Shown: one piece after another, positions 19,949 through 29,469 of the stretch | How the letters are laid out: each line of letters begins with the position of its first letter | Numbering within the stretch: position 1 is the stretch's first letter | Assembly: GCA_030145385.1 (NCBI GenBank) | Contig: JAQYVU010000007.1 | Coordinates: forward strand, 17,930 to 81,929 | Origin: Desulfococcaceae bacterium | GTDB lineage: Bacteria > Desulfobacterota > Desulfobacteria > Desulfobacterales > Desulfosalsimonadaceae | Length of the DNA: 64,000 nucleotides | Reading direction: 5' to 3' | The notes under the pieces: model-generated | Told to the model about the DNA's origin: nothing | Seen by the model: only the letters and a program-made list of their open reading frames with translations | The model's database searches: none | Program-made: the position numbers and the translations under genes

Positions 19949-20872
19949 TTAGTTTGTGTCATAATCGACATTATACTCATCAAAAACAGCCTTGATTGCC
20001 TGGTCTTTGTCTTTCCATAACTGATTAATCCAATTCTGGAATTCTTCCCGAAACGCCTCATCGTCTTCATAATTTTTCCCCAGAAAACCTTCGGGAATGT
20101 TTAAGGTTCTGATGCGTACGGCAACAGTGGGTATCGCGCCTTTAAGAAAATCCCAAAACGGCATGGGCGGCTCATTTTCCGGGTATACAATGGTTACATC
20201 AACTATTTTGGAGAGGTATTCGCCCATGCTGGAAAGAACAATTGCAATCCCGCCGGCTTTTGGCATCAAAAGATTCTGAAAAGGGGGATTCTGTTTTTCA
20301 TGTTTCTGGTAATTGAAACGCGTGCCTTCTAAAAAATTCAGCACCGTGACCGGAGACTTTTTGAACTTAACGCAGTATTTCCGGGTGGTCTCCATGTCTT
20401 TTCCCTTGAGTTCCGGATGTTTTTTAAGAAACTGACGCGTATACCGCTTCATAAACGGATAATCCAGTCCCCACCAGGCCACCCCCAAAACAGGCACCCA
20501 CATTAATTCTTTTTTTAAGAAAAACTTCAGAAAGGGAATTCGGCGATTAAAAATGTGCTGAAGCACAAATATATCCGTCCAGGAACGATGGTTGCTGACA
20601 ACCAGATAAGAAGAATCCAGGCTAAATCCGTCAAGGCCTTGAACATCCCATTTAACACCCTTGGTAAACTTCTGAATGAAACTGTTCACATCAATCCATG
20701 CGGTTCCAAAAAACATAACCACTCGCGTCAGATGATGCCGTATCCATGCATTGGGAATAAAGACTTTTAATAGAATAAACGGAAACATAGCAGAAAATAA
20801 AATGATGGTATTGGTCACAAACAATAAAGCGGTAACCAGTCCCAGTAGTGGTGCGGGTAAAAAATTCAACAT
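19949..20872 (-). CDS. PlsC-superfamily acyltransferase (YihG-like)
   Basis: 307 aa with N-terminal TM helices, the HX4D motif NHRSWTDIF and motif III FLEGTR. Confidence 0.75.
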   Translation of the reverse strand: MLNFLPAPLLGLVTALLFVTNTIILFSAMFPFILLKVFIPNAWIRHHLTRVVMFFGTAWIDVNSFIQKFTKGVKWDVQGLDGFSLDSSYLVVSNHRSWTDIFVLQHIFNRRIPFLKFFLKKELMWVPVLGVAWWGLDYPFMKRYTRQFLKKHPELKGKDMETTRKYCVKFKKSPVTVLNFLEGTRFNYQKHEKQNPPFQNLLMPKAGGIAIVLSSMGEYLSKIVDVTIVYPENEPPMPFWDFLKGAIPTVAVRIRTLNIPEGFLGKNYEDDEAFREEFQNWINQLWKDKDQAIKAVFDEYNVDYDTN

Positions 20873-20987
20873 ATTTGCTCTCCAGATTAATTAAAGCCCT
20901 TTGCGCAAGCTGATTCCAAAGACATGCTCATTCAGGTTAAGAATATGGATTTGGATAAAACTTCAGTTTTATAATATATTACTTTAA

Positions 20988-22637
20988 CTATTTCAAGTTT
21001 GCCGATGCATCAATTTTCATCCATCGCCGATATCGTTTAAACTCATCTTCAAAATTGTCGCTCAAAATACCCTGGCCCCGGTGGGCTTCAATTTCTTTGG
21101 TTTCCCAGAATCGTACGGAATCGATTTCTTCTTGATTATAAGTTATCTGTCCATCAAATTGACACACATAGGTAAAAACCAGCTCCGACTCAAAATCATT
21201 GGAATGAATGTACTGATAGGCGAATTGAGGAGACATCGGACGGATTCCCAGCTCTTCTTCCATTTCGCGAAACATGGCTGTTTCGATGGATTCGCCGCAG
21301 TCGACATGCCCGCCGACAGACGTATCCCATCGGCCTGGCGCCACCCGCTTGTTTAAAGATCTTTTTTGCAGCAGCAGCCGGTTTTCTTTATCAAATACCA
21401 TTACATGAACCACACGATGAAGCAGCTGATTATTTCCGTGCACGCATTTTCTCGGCGCTGCACCGACAACACGGCCTTGTGGGTCAACAACCTCAAGAAT
21501 TTCCTTTTCACAAGCCAGCTGATGGCAGATATATTCTGCGGCAACATCCGCGCCATTCGGCTCATTCCTTGAAAGCTTCGGCAATGCCAGCAATTCAAGA
21601 AGCTGTTTCAGCCAGGCACCGCTGAAAAAATCCTTTTCATCAATCCGGATGCCTTCCATCTTCGATTGAATGTATGATTCAAAAACAGGTGATTCCCGAA
21701 AATTCGTACGGGGAATAAATCCGTAGGGCACCCCGGCATGATAAACTTCCGCCAGGGTGCTGTACCCGACTTTTCCGACCACCGCATCCGCAGCATTCAC
21801 CAAATCGGGATGGTGAAATGCGGAGCTTTGCGAAAGAAAAATTATATTTTTATGATTTTCACCGCCAACCGTCAGATCCTTTGAAATTCCGGGAAGCACA
21901 AAATAAATATTTTCGTCAAAGTTGGCCAGCTGTTCTGTAAATGGCAGAAATTCGGCTATGCCGCCCATAGTAATTAATACCATTTTACCGAGATCATTAA
22001 TTCCAAGTTTTTCACGAATGCGACGGGAATCGGTCACGGGCATCCGTGAAATCGGAGGCGTGCATAGCTGTCCGGGGCCGAATGCACATACCGGGTCTGC
22101 CTGGATTCGGTGACCTGCTTTGCTGAAAAAATATCCAAGCGTGTCGATATGTTTTTTAAACCGGATATCTGACGACAGATAGGCCTTATAGATCCAGTCC
22201 CATGTAAAATTTTCGATCAATATGGAAGAGATCCCTGCATGTTCTGCGACAGCGATTCCTAAGGGCGAAATATCACTAATGATCAACTGGCAATCTGACT
22301 GATAAACTTGATCCGCCAGTCCGGCCAGACGTTTTTCATCAAAGGGCAGAAAGTTTTCCAGGGCTTCTAATGTTTTATCCAGATTAAAATGCAGAGCAGA
22401 AGTTTGAACCAGTCCGATATCTGTGGACTCCGGATGCCAGGAAAAGGACATCAGCAGCGAATTTTTAAAAAACCATTCCGGCGTTAAGGTAAAAATTTCA
22501 AAATGAACAAACGGCCACCGGGCATATATGGCATTCATCACCGCCGATGCCCGGGCAGCATGTCCAAATCCATGGGAAGTAACAAAATATGCAATCGACA
22601 GTTTAGGGTTCATGATTTCAAATCCGCTCAATTCCAT
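20988..22637 (-). CDS. Fusion protein: GT-B glycosyltransferase-like N-domain + Idi-like Nudix hydrolase C-domain
   Basis: 549 aa. N-terminal YFVTSHGFGHAARA (the pattern seen in MJ1255/ARA1-N-terminal-type GT-like proteins). The C-terminal ~170 aa contain LHRVVHVMVFD..LLLQKRSLNKRVAPGRWDTSVGGHVDCGESIETAMFREMEEELGI (Nudix box, COG1443/Idi-like). Confidence 0.65.
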   Translation of the reverse strand: MELSGFEIMNPKLSIAYFVTSHGFGHAARASAVMNAIYARWPFVHFEIFTLTPEWFFKNSLLMSFSWHPESTDIGLVQTSALHFNLDKTLEALENFLPFDEKRLAGLADQVYQSDCQLIISDISPLGIAVAEHAGISSILIENFTWDWIYKAYLSSDIRFKKHIDTLGYFFSKAGHRIQADPVCAFGPGQLCTPPISRMPVTDSRRIREKLGINDLGKMVLITMGGIAEFLPFTEQLANFDENIYFVLPGISKDLTVGGENHKNIIFLSQSSAFHHPDLVNAADAVVGKVGYSTLAEVYHAGVPYGFIPRTNFRESPVFESYIQSKMEGIRIDEKDFFSGAWLKQLLELLALPKLSRNEPNGADVAAEYICHQLACEKEILEVVDPQGRVVGAAPRKCVHGNNQLLHRVVHVMVFDKENRLLLQKRSLNKRVAPGRWDTSVGGHVDCGESIETAMFREMEEELGIRPMSPQFAYQYIHSNDFESELVFTYVCQFDGQITYNQEEIDSVRFWETKEIEAHRGQGILSDNFEDEFKRYRRWMKIDASANLK

Positions 22638-23305
22638 GCAAAGTAAGGCTGTTCAAAGTGAGCCACACGGGTATTTTTTCCGAAAATAGCAACCTCACGG
22701 AACTGGTAAATCATTGCCGCTGTAGGGGCAGCGATCCAGCTGTTTCCAACCGGCATTAGCAATATGGGATTCTTACTTTCATTATTTCCATGAAGGATGG
22801 GTGCATCTTTGCGCATGAACTCCCTGACGGGAATTCGGTGAATGGATTCCACTTCAGCAGGGCTGGGTGTTAAATTTGCTGCTGCGCCTCCCCAGATCAC
22901 GACCGGTGAAATAACAAAACCCGAGCGGGTGGTAAAATCATCCAGCCGTCCGATCACACTTTCAAGATCCAGTTTTAAACCGACTTCTTCTGAAAGCTCC
23001 CTTAATGCTGCTTCCTCAGGCGTCTCGTCCTTATCCATACGGCCACCGGGAAAAGCCCATTGACCGGAATGTTTTTTTAGCCTGGACGCTCGTATCGTCA
23101 AAACAAGGGCGGCTTCACTGCGCCATTTTTCATAGCGTTCCAAGCCATATATGTCAGTGCCATGGGCAACCTCCACAACCGTAATAGCGACGGCAGCCCG
23201 CTCAATCCCGGCTCTTTCATGTTTTTGGATGTCGAATTTGTCCAGATTAACGGATATGTGCTGATAAAAGTCCTGATCGCAAATCAACTTGTCCGGATAT
23301 GTCAT
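22628..23305 (-). CDS. Nudix hydrolase, CoA pyrophosphatase (NudL-like)
   Basis: 225 aa. VLTIRASRLKKHSGQWAFPGG fits the NuCoA motif LLTxR[SA]x3[RK]x3Gx3FPGG, followed by the Nudix box GGRMDKDETPEEAALRELSEEVGL. It overlaps the next gene by 10 nt. Confidence 0.75.
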   Translation of the reverse strand: MTYPDKLICDQDFYQHISVNLDKFDIQKHERAGIERAAVAITVVEVAHGTDIYGLERYEKWRSEAALVLTIRASRLKKHSGQWAFPGGRMDKDETPEEAALRELSEEVGLKLDLESVIGRLDDFTTRSGFVISPVVIWGGAAANLTPSPAEVESIHRIPVREFMRKDAPILHGNNESKNPILLMPVGNSWIAAPTAAMIYQFREVAIFGKNTRVAHFEQPYFAWN

Positions 23306-23339
23306 TTTAAAAACTCTAATGTTGATAAGATATAAAAAT

Positions 23340-23364
23340 ACCGGGAACTTTACCCGGTTTTTTT
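23340..23364. terminator. Hairpin flanked by T-runs on both strands (bidirectional terminator-like)
   Basis: aCCGGGaactttaCCCGGttttttt. The complement is also followed by a T-rich run (tatttttat). It lies between the HD-GYP operon and the nudL-like operon. Confidence 0.4.
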
Positions 23365-23850
23365 AGAAGTTGAATCACCGCGATTCATAGAGATTTAATT
23401 AAACACCATTAACTGCCTGGCATAAAAGATAACGTTAAAAAAGGCAGCCACAAACCGCTGGCAACAAAGAAAATGGACGAATCAGGCCTGCTGCAATGAT
23501 AAGCGATTAACGCCCTGTTCTTACCCAATACAATATACTGCTCAAAAGAAAATACAACCCGATGATTTCAAATACAACATAAACCAGATAATACCATAAA
23601 TTTTCAATTCTGCGCGTGGGAATCAGCATTCCGATGCCCACGATTGCCAGAAAAAGTTATGAAATAAACGTATAATAATAGCCTTGAGCGACGAGGCCTG
23701 TGAGAAAAAACATGCTGATGTTCATATTGACCAGCAAGTTTGATTACACGCGACAATTGTCCCCAGTGGACAACCAAATGGTCAATATAGTTTTTTTTCG
23801 GCCCGGCTGTAAAGTATCCCCGGCATCAGGTTTCCTCTTTACCTTCAGAA

Positions 23851-25095
23851 TTACATTGCTTTGCTGGCTGCCTGAAAACAATCATGAAGATTTTGCTCCA
23901 CCAGATTGACCAGGTCCGGATCCAGACGGCCCTGTGCCGTAAACTCTTTTAGGATTTTCAATATTTCGTCCTGCGGCAGGGCTCCCCGATACGGCCGTTC
24001 CTGGGCAAGCGCCTGGAATACGTCAGCGACTGAAATGATGCGAGATTCAATACTCAAATCTTTTTTTTGCCGATGAAACGGATATCCGGTACCGTTTAAT
24101 GCTTCATGATGATTTGCCGCCCATAAAGCGATATCCTCAATCCCGTCAATACGGTTCAAAATCACATAAGTTTCAAAACTGTGATGGCGCATATGCGCCA
24201 AGTCATCTAAATCCAGGCGATCCGGCTTTTCAAGGATTTCATCCGGAACTTTCAGCTTTCCGAGGTCATGCAGTAACCCGGCAATTTCAATTTTACTGCA
24301 GGTTTCTGCCGGCAGACCACTGAGACCGGCGAGATGTTTCGCCAGAAGCGCCACCCCCACAGAATGCTGAGCGGTATAAGGACTCTTGGCATCTACGATT
24401 TGAGCAAATACCACAGCCATTTTTTTCAAATCATTCATCGACATCTCAATCGGTTCCCGTTGTTTTTCCATGTCATGAAGGAAGCGGGACAGATGTCGGG
24501 GTTCTAGTGTTATCCAGAACGCTTCGGTTTCAGATACAGTCATGAAAACATCCACCAGTTCCGGGTTGAAAAGAGTTTTCCTGTATTGACTTATCTGATT
24601 TCGGATTTCATCTTTTACCTTGAGCAAATCAACATTCAAGTGCTTTGCGGCAAGTGAATCCGTCCGATCCAGCAAAAATGTCAGATTGGCGGATCGCTGA
24701 TTTTCTTCCGTCAAATGATAGCGATTTATGTCCTCCCAATGCGTATGATGAAAATAAACCGCCTCTGCCATTTCTGACAAAGGCGGAAACTTTTTCAGAC
24801 GTTTTGAACCGATTTCACAATGCTCTCCCGAGCCCTCCCAATCCATTTCTTTGATCAGGTTCTCGTGCACACGGGTTGAGGAAACCCCGCAATCATGCAG
24901 CAGGCCCAATTGAAACAGATCTTTTTGTGATTGATGGTCCAGCCCCATCTCTTTTGCGCATTCCCATGCCATATACCCCACCCGCTTCCCGTGCTGAACT
25001 TCATTGATGCCGACCAGATCCAGGGTATCTGAAAGCGCAAAAATCATTTGACCAAAATCTATTTTCATCAAATCCACCTCTTGTGCAGCAATCAC
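23851..25095 (-). CDS. HD-GYP domain protein with tandem HD modules (probable c-di-GMP phosphodiesterase)
   Basis: 414 aa. The first HD-like module has LLHDCG. The second has LLHDLGKLKVPDEIL ... HHEALNGTGYPF (the HD...HHE..GxGYP signature). Confidence 0.75.
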   Translation of the reverse strand: MIAAQEVDLMKIDFGQMIFALSDTLDLVGINEVQHGKRVGYMAWECAKEMGLDHQSQKDLFQLGLLHDCGVSSTRVHENLIKEMDWEGSGEHCEIGSKRLKKFPPLSEMAEAVYFHHTHWEDINRYHLTEENQRSANLTFLLDRTDSLAAKHLNVDLLKVKDEIRNQISQYRKTLFNPELVDVFMTVSETEAFWITLEPRHLSRFLHDMEKQREPIEMSMNDLKKMAVVFAQIVDAKSPYTAQHSVGVALLAKHLAGLSGLPAETCSKIEIAGLLHDLGKLKVPDEILEKPDRLDLDDLAHMRHHSFETYVILNRIDGIEDIALWAANHHEALNGTGYPFHRQKKDLSIESRIISVADVFQALAQERPYRGALPQDEILKILKEFTAQGRLDPDLVNLVEQNLHDCFQAASKAM

Positions 25096-25128
25096 AGATA
25101 AAAGACAGGCCTTGATTTAAAGTTTTGC

Positions 25129-26289
25129 TTATCCTCCCAGCATCCATTGAAACATTCCTTTTTCTTTTTCAATAGCTGCTTCCGGACAAATTTCAAGGCA
25201 GCAGTAACACCGTATACAAGTTTTGTAATCATATTCGGGAATATCATTTTTCCCCGCTGATTTACTGATCGCACCGGATGCACAGATTTTTTGGCACTGG
25301 TAACACAGCGTGCACTTTTCTTCTTTGGGCACCGGCCGATCCAGAAAGAGATTCTTAAAAGTCGGAGTGTTAAACGGCCATCGTAACATATTTGAAAAAA
25401 TAGAAGATCCTGTTGCGGGTTCAAAATCATTGACTCTCAAAGCCTTAATACTATCTCCGATCACTCTGATTTCATCTGATGATGAAACACCATAATTACG
25501 TTGAAAACCGTTGACGACGGTCAAGGCCTTACTGATATCAAGACCGGCAATCATCGCCGCTACATAATCAACAGCAATGCCGTTTTCACCGGTTAAAACC
25601 GCGTTCAGCCACTTAGGCTTTCCCGAAGGTCCCGGCCCCTCACCTTCCTGCGCACATATTGCGTCCATAATATGAATAATCGGAATTTCGGGCGTCATTC
25701 CATAGGTCATGGCACCGTATAAATCGAGCAGAAATTCGGCAAAATCATCGTGGGCAGGCGCCCGCAGATGCATTTTTGATTTTTCGATCCCGGGAATGAC
25801 CCCGAACAACATTTTAACAGCACCGGTAATATAAGTAATTCCATGGGTTTTAAATTTCGGCAAATTTAAAATAATATCCGCATCAAAATAGGCTTGGGAG
25901 ATATCGATATACTTGAATTTTCTTGCCCCATCATACGCCAGCGCCCGGGTAATGGCCGGGTTGGCAACTTCAACAGCTTCGCTATCCACAACATATGCAT
26001 ATGCGGTTTTTTTAATAACCCGTTCAAGGGAGTGAATGGCCGGTGATTCCACCAGAACAGGCGTGCCGTTATTTTCTTTTACGATCTGAACCACCGCCCT
26101 GAAAAATTCGGAATGGGTAATAATTGCCTTTTCGTTTTTGGCAGGCATCAGCAGATTCGGCTTTACCACAACCCGAGCCCTATTAAATCGTTTTACATCA
26201 AAACCGATATTTGAAAAACTGGTGTAGATTTTATCTTTCAGATGATCAAGCTGATAATTACTGCATTGAACCAAAGAAACCTCAGGCAT
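25129..26289 (-). CDS. DUF362 domain protein with C-terminal 2x[4Fe-4S] ferredoxin domain
   Basis: 386 aa. DUF362-like N-terminus (..RVVVKPNLLMPA..) and C-terminal CTLCYQCQKIC / CIRCYCCLEICP. Confidence 0.7.
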   Translation of the reverse strand: MPEVSLVQCSNYQLDHLKDKIYTSFSNIGFDVKRFNRARVVVKPNLLMPAKNEKAIITHSEFFRAVVQIVKENNGTPVLVESPAIHSLERVIKKTAYAYVVDSEAVEVANPAITRALAYDGARKFKYIDISQAYFDADIILNLPKFKTHGITYITGAVKMLFGVIPGIEKSKMHLRAPAHDDFAEFLLDLYGAMTYGMTPEIPIIHIMDAICAQEGEGPGPSGKPKWLNAVLTGENGIAVDYVAAMIAGLDISKALTVVNGFQRNYGVSSSDEIRVIGDSIKALRVNDFEPATGSSIFSNMLRWPFNTPTFKNLFLDRPVPKEEKCTLCYQCQKICASGAISKSAGKNDIPEYDYKTCIRCYCCLEICPEAAIEKEKGMFQWMLGG

Positions 26290-26425
26290 AGTTTCTGCTC
26301 CATTTGAACCAATTTAAGAATTATTATGGTTAAATTTTATCACCAAATATTCACATATAAGTCGATACATTCTTTACCCGATATTAAATGAAATGGTATC
26401 AATTTCTGTGCTGTAAGCCACAAAA

Positions 26426-26833
26426 TCATTCCAAATCCGGACTGATTGCAAATTCTTCACGGCATATGATATTTCCGGTTGAAGAAATAACATCAACCCG
26501 CCATATGCCGGTCCATTCCTTAACAATCCGTTTTGAAGACCATGTCCGCCAGGATCTTGCGTTAACCGCTAAATCCACAATTGCCATCTGTGTATCATTG
26601 TAATACCAGACATGAGAAATAGCTGTATGCTCCTCGGTACTCGACAGCTTGGTATAGCAATACACCCGTTCTACAGAATCCGAAAAATGCGTATCAATAC
26701 CCACAGGATTTCGTTGCTCAATTCCCCTGCAAAAAACCATATCATGGACGGTAACAGGCGTAACTTCCTGCGCCGAGGATAATAATGGCAAACATAAAAT
26801 GAATATAATAATAACAATTTTTTTAAAAATCAT
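26426..26833 (-). CDS. Small secreted protein, DUF2914-like
   Basis: I prefer the internal start MIFKKIVIIIFILCLPLLSSAQE (signal peptide, GGAGG just upstream) over the track start at 26902. The C-terminus ..HVWYYND....WRTWSSKRI...TGIWRVDV....G..I..EEF resembles DUF2914. Confidence 0.5.
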   Translation of the reverse strand: MIFKKIVIIIFILCLPLLSSAQEVTPVTVHDMVFCRGIEQRNPVGIDTHFSDSVERVYCYTKLSSTEEHTAISHVWYYNDTQMAIVDLAVNARSWRTWSSKRIVKEWTGIWRVDVISSTGNIICREEFAISPDLE

Positions 26834-27162
26834 ATGGCCTCCAACAATTATTGTATTTTTTACCAGACATGATGCGAAAGGTGATATCCCATATAAAACC
26901 AATAACTTTGATTAATTGATAATTTAAGTGATGTCATTACTAACCTATCAGGATTTTATAACTAAGGAAACAACAAATTCCTTTACAAATTACACATATT
27001 CCGGCTCCAGAGCCAATATGAGAAAAAAAGCGTAAGCCGGGTCAAAAAACATTTAATTGCCGTTGACATAATGATCATTGTTCAATAACCTGATCAAAGT
27101 TCAAAAATACATTCTATTGAAATATTTTTCCCTTTTACCCCTCATTAAACAAGGAGAAATCT

Positions 27163-28440
27163 ATGTATGATTTTCTGCTGACCCCAGAAGAACAGGAATT
27201 AAAACAGGAAGCACGCACGTTTACCCGTGAGGAAATCTCCAGTGATTTTTTAAGAAAAATGGATAAGGATGAAATCACCTACCCCCTTGAATTTGTAGAA
27301 AAACTGGCCGCTAAAAACCTGAGGGGAATCCGTTTTCCCAAAAAATACGGGGGACGTGAAATGAGCTGGGCTGCCGAAGTCGCGGCTGCCGAAGAAATCG
27401 GATGCCTGGGTATGGCGCTGGGATGCGCGTTTGTCATGCCGTCAATCGTCGGCGAAGCCCTTAATGTCTTTGGCACGGAAGAACAAAAAGAAAAATATTT
27501 AAAACCTTACATCCAAGGAAAACTGGTGGCTGCCGAAGCTTTGACCGAGCCCCGGGGGGGATCCGATTTTTTCGGCGCCATGACCAAAGCGGAACTTTCC
27601 GGGGATCATTTTATTTTAAACGGTATGAAACGGTTTGTAGTCGGGGCCGAAGGTGCTGATTTTTTTCTGGTCTACTGCCGGACAAACTTTGATGAAAATG
27701 CTCACAAATACAGCCGCATCAGTCTCTTAATCGTTGACAAGGGACCCGGTGTTGAAACCGAATACATGTACGGATTGATGGGATGCCGCGGCGGCGGCAC
27801 CGGCCGCCTGGTCTTCAGGGATGTCAAAGTGCCCAAGGAAAACCTGGTGGGAGAACTGCATGGAGGCGCGTTATGCTTTCACCAGATGATGATCCCCGAA
27901 CGACTGACATCCGCAGCCGGCTGCCTGGGAACCTGGGGCGCACTGGATCTCGCAGTTCGTTATTCCAACCGGCGCCGGGCATTTGGCAAGGAAATCCGTA
28001 AATACCAGGCCGTCAGCTTCAAGGTGGCTGATTCCATTACCCAGCTGGACGCTGCCCGGGCACTGACGTATATGGCCGCCCGCGCGGTCGACAATAATTA
28101 TGTCAATGTCCGCCGCCTGGTCAGTGAAGCGAAGCGGTTTGCCACCGAAGCCGCATGGGATGTCGTCAATAATGCCATGCAGGTCATGGGCGGCATCGGG
28201 TATACGGATGTATATCCCATCGAGCGGGCCCTTCGGGATGTACGCCTGGGCATGATATGGACGGGCACCACCCAGATCATGAACCTCATGATTCAGCATG
28301 AATACTATAACGAAGTCCTTGGCCAATCTTATGACCGCCGGATCATGGAAGATGATGCCGGCAACCCGGACATTACCGAACGATGCTTTACCGATGAAGA
28401 CATGATGGATGTTTTTGAAGGAAAAATAAAAAATACCTGA
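27163..28440 (+). CDS. Acyl-CoA dehydrogenase family protein
   Basis: 425 aa. ..ALTEPRGGSDF.. and C-terminal ..QVMGGIGYTDVYPIERALRDVRLGMIWTGTTQIM.. are classical ACAD motifs. Confidence 0.85.
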   Translation: MYDFLLTPEEQELKQEARTFTREEISSDFLRKMDKDEITYPLEFVEKLAAKNLRGIRFPKKYGGREMSWAAEVAAAEEIGCLGMALGCAFVMPSIVGEALNVFGTEEQKEKYLKPYIQGKLVAAEALTEPRGGSDFFGAMTKAELSGDHFILNGMKRFVVGAEGADFFLVYCRTNFDENAHKYSRISLLIVDKGPGVETEYMYGLMGCRGGGTGRLVFRDVKVPKENLVGELHGGALCFHQMMIPERLTSAAGCLGTWGALDLAVRYSNRRRAFGKEIRKYQAVSFKVADSITQLDAARALTYMAARAVDNNYVNVRRLVSEAKRFATEAAWDVVNNAMQVMGGIGYTDVYPIERALRDVRLGMIWTGTTQIMNLMIQHEYYNEVLGQSYDRRIMEDDAGNPDITERCFTDEDMMDVFEGKIKNT

Positions 28441-28465
28441 ATTTGACGATGAACTTTCATGGCCC

Positions 28466-28598
28466 CGTAAAAAGCAGCACGATGGCTAAGTTAAAAGTTT
28501 CATATACAAGGCGTAGTGGTTTTCAGGCTCGAAATTATACATGCAGTATCTTGAGTGTCTGAAAAACCGCTACAACGAAGTAGATGGGACTTTTTACG
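28466..28598. repeat. Long-hairpin intergenic repeat, subfamily A, copy 1
   Basis: cgtaaaaag (28466-74) pairs with ctttttacg (28590-98). Inner stem: cgtagtggttttcag / ctgaaaaaccgctacaacg. It shares the ggactttttac and caac(a/g)aag features with the copy at 63595-63744. Confidence 0.7.
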
Positions 28599-28665
28599 AC
28601 GCCATCAACTTTGACGCGTCAATTTTATGCTGAATACTTAAAAATTACCCAGATAATCCGCAGAG

Positions 28666-28728
28666 AACCCAGAGAAAACGGAGAACACAGAAAAAAATTT
28701 TCTCTGTCTTCTCCGTGTTCTCTGGGTT
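28666..28728. repeat. 63-bp imperfect palindrome (purine-rich arm / pyrimidine-rich arm)
   Basis: aacccagagaaaacggagaacacagaaaa... is the near reverse complement of ...ttttctctgtcttctccgtgttctctgggtt (about 27 of 31 positions). Confidence 0.75.
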
Positions 28729-28846
28729 GAAAATGTTTATTGCATTTCCCTGTCCCAATAATTTTCCAAATTTATTTACCCTTGATTATGCAGGGCCATC
28801 AGAGATATAAAACCCCTTTTTAATATATCCACACAGGAGAATTTTT

Positions 28847-29452
28847 TTGGTTAAAATTAAAATAAAAGACTTAAAACAGATCGAACGGGACTCCCGGCGC
28901 AAAATCATCCTTCATGCTGCGCTGGATCTTTTTGCAATAAAAGATTTCAGGAGCGTCACGGTCAGGGAAATTGCCAGACATGCCGGCGTCAGTATCGGTA
29001 CTATTTATAACTATTACCCGAACCTCATGGAATTATTCCTGGATGTATTTTTAAACAGCACCGAAGAAATCACGCACATGCTGGACAACATGAGCAAAAA
29101 AACGCCTCCCACCCTGGAACAGCTTTGTGAGTTCTATATTACCTATTTAAATGACAATATGACCTTTTATCAGATGATGAGTCATTTTATGCTGGGCGGA
29201 GAACTGTCACACGATGCCAGCCAAAAGCTGGATGAAAAAATGAAAGAGCTGATGAACCGAATGGAGACCACCCTTCTTGCAACAGGCCTTCAAACAGATT
29301 CCCGGCTTACCGCCCATGCCCTGTTTTCCGCCTTAAACGGCATAATGATCAGCTATGCCCGTTATCCCGGGAAAAGCGATGACGACATACGCCGGCATAC
29401 GCTCCGCCTGGCAAAAATTATTGCCGGTATTTTCACAACAAGTTCCCAATAG
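28847..29452 (+). CDS. TetR/AcrR-family transcriptional regulator
   Basis: 201 aa with N-terminal HTH ..FRSVTVREIARHAGVSIGTIYNYYPN... TTG start with AGGAGA upstream. Confidence 0.85.
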   Translation: MVKIKIKDLKQIERDSRRKIILHAALDLFAIKDFRSVTVREIARHAGVSIGTIYNYYPNLMELFLDVFLNSTEEITHMLDNMSKKTPPTLEQLCEFYITYLNDNMTFYQMMSHFMLGGELSHDASQKLDEKMKELMNRMETTLLATGLQTDSRLTAHALFSALNGIMISYARYPGKSDDDIRRHTLRLAKIIAGIFTTSSQ

Positions 29453-29469
29453 GAACAGAAAAGATCCTA

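Noticed and set aside
23508-23726. 72-codon hydrophobic minus-strand frame (MNISMFFLTGLVAQGYYYTFIS*LFLAIVGIGMLIPTRRIENLWYYLVYVVFEIIGLYFLLSSILYWVRTGR*) interrupted by an in-frame TAA at 23658-23660
   Set aside because: It could be a disrupted small membrane protein. However, it is short, has no recognisable family, and I could not support a start site. It is not reportable as a gene.
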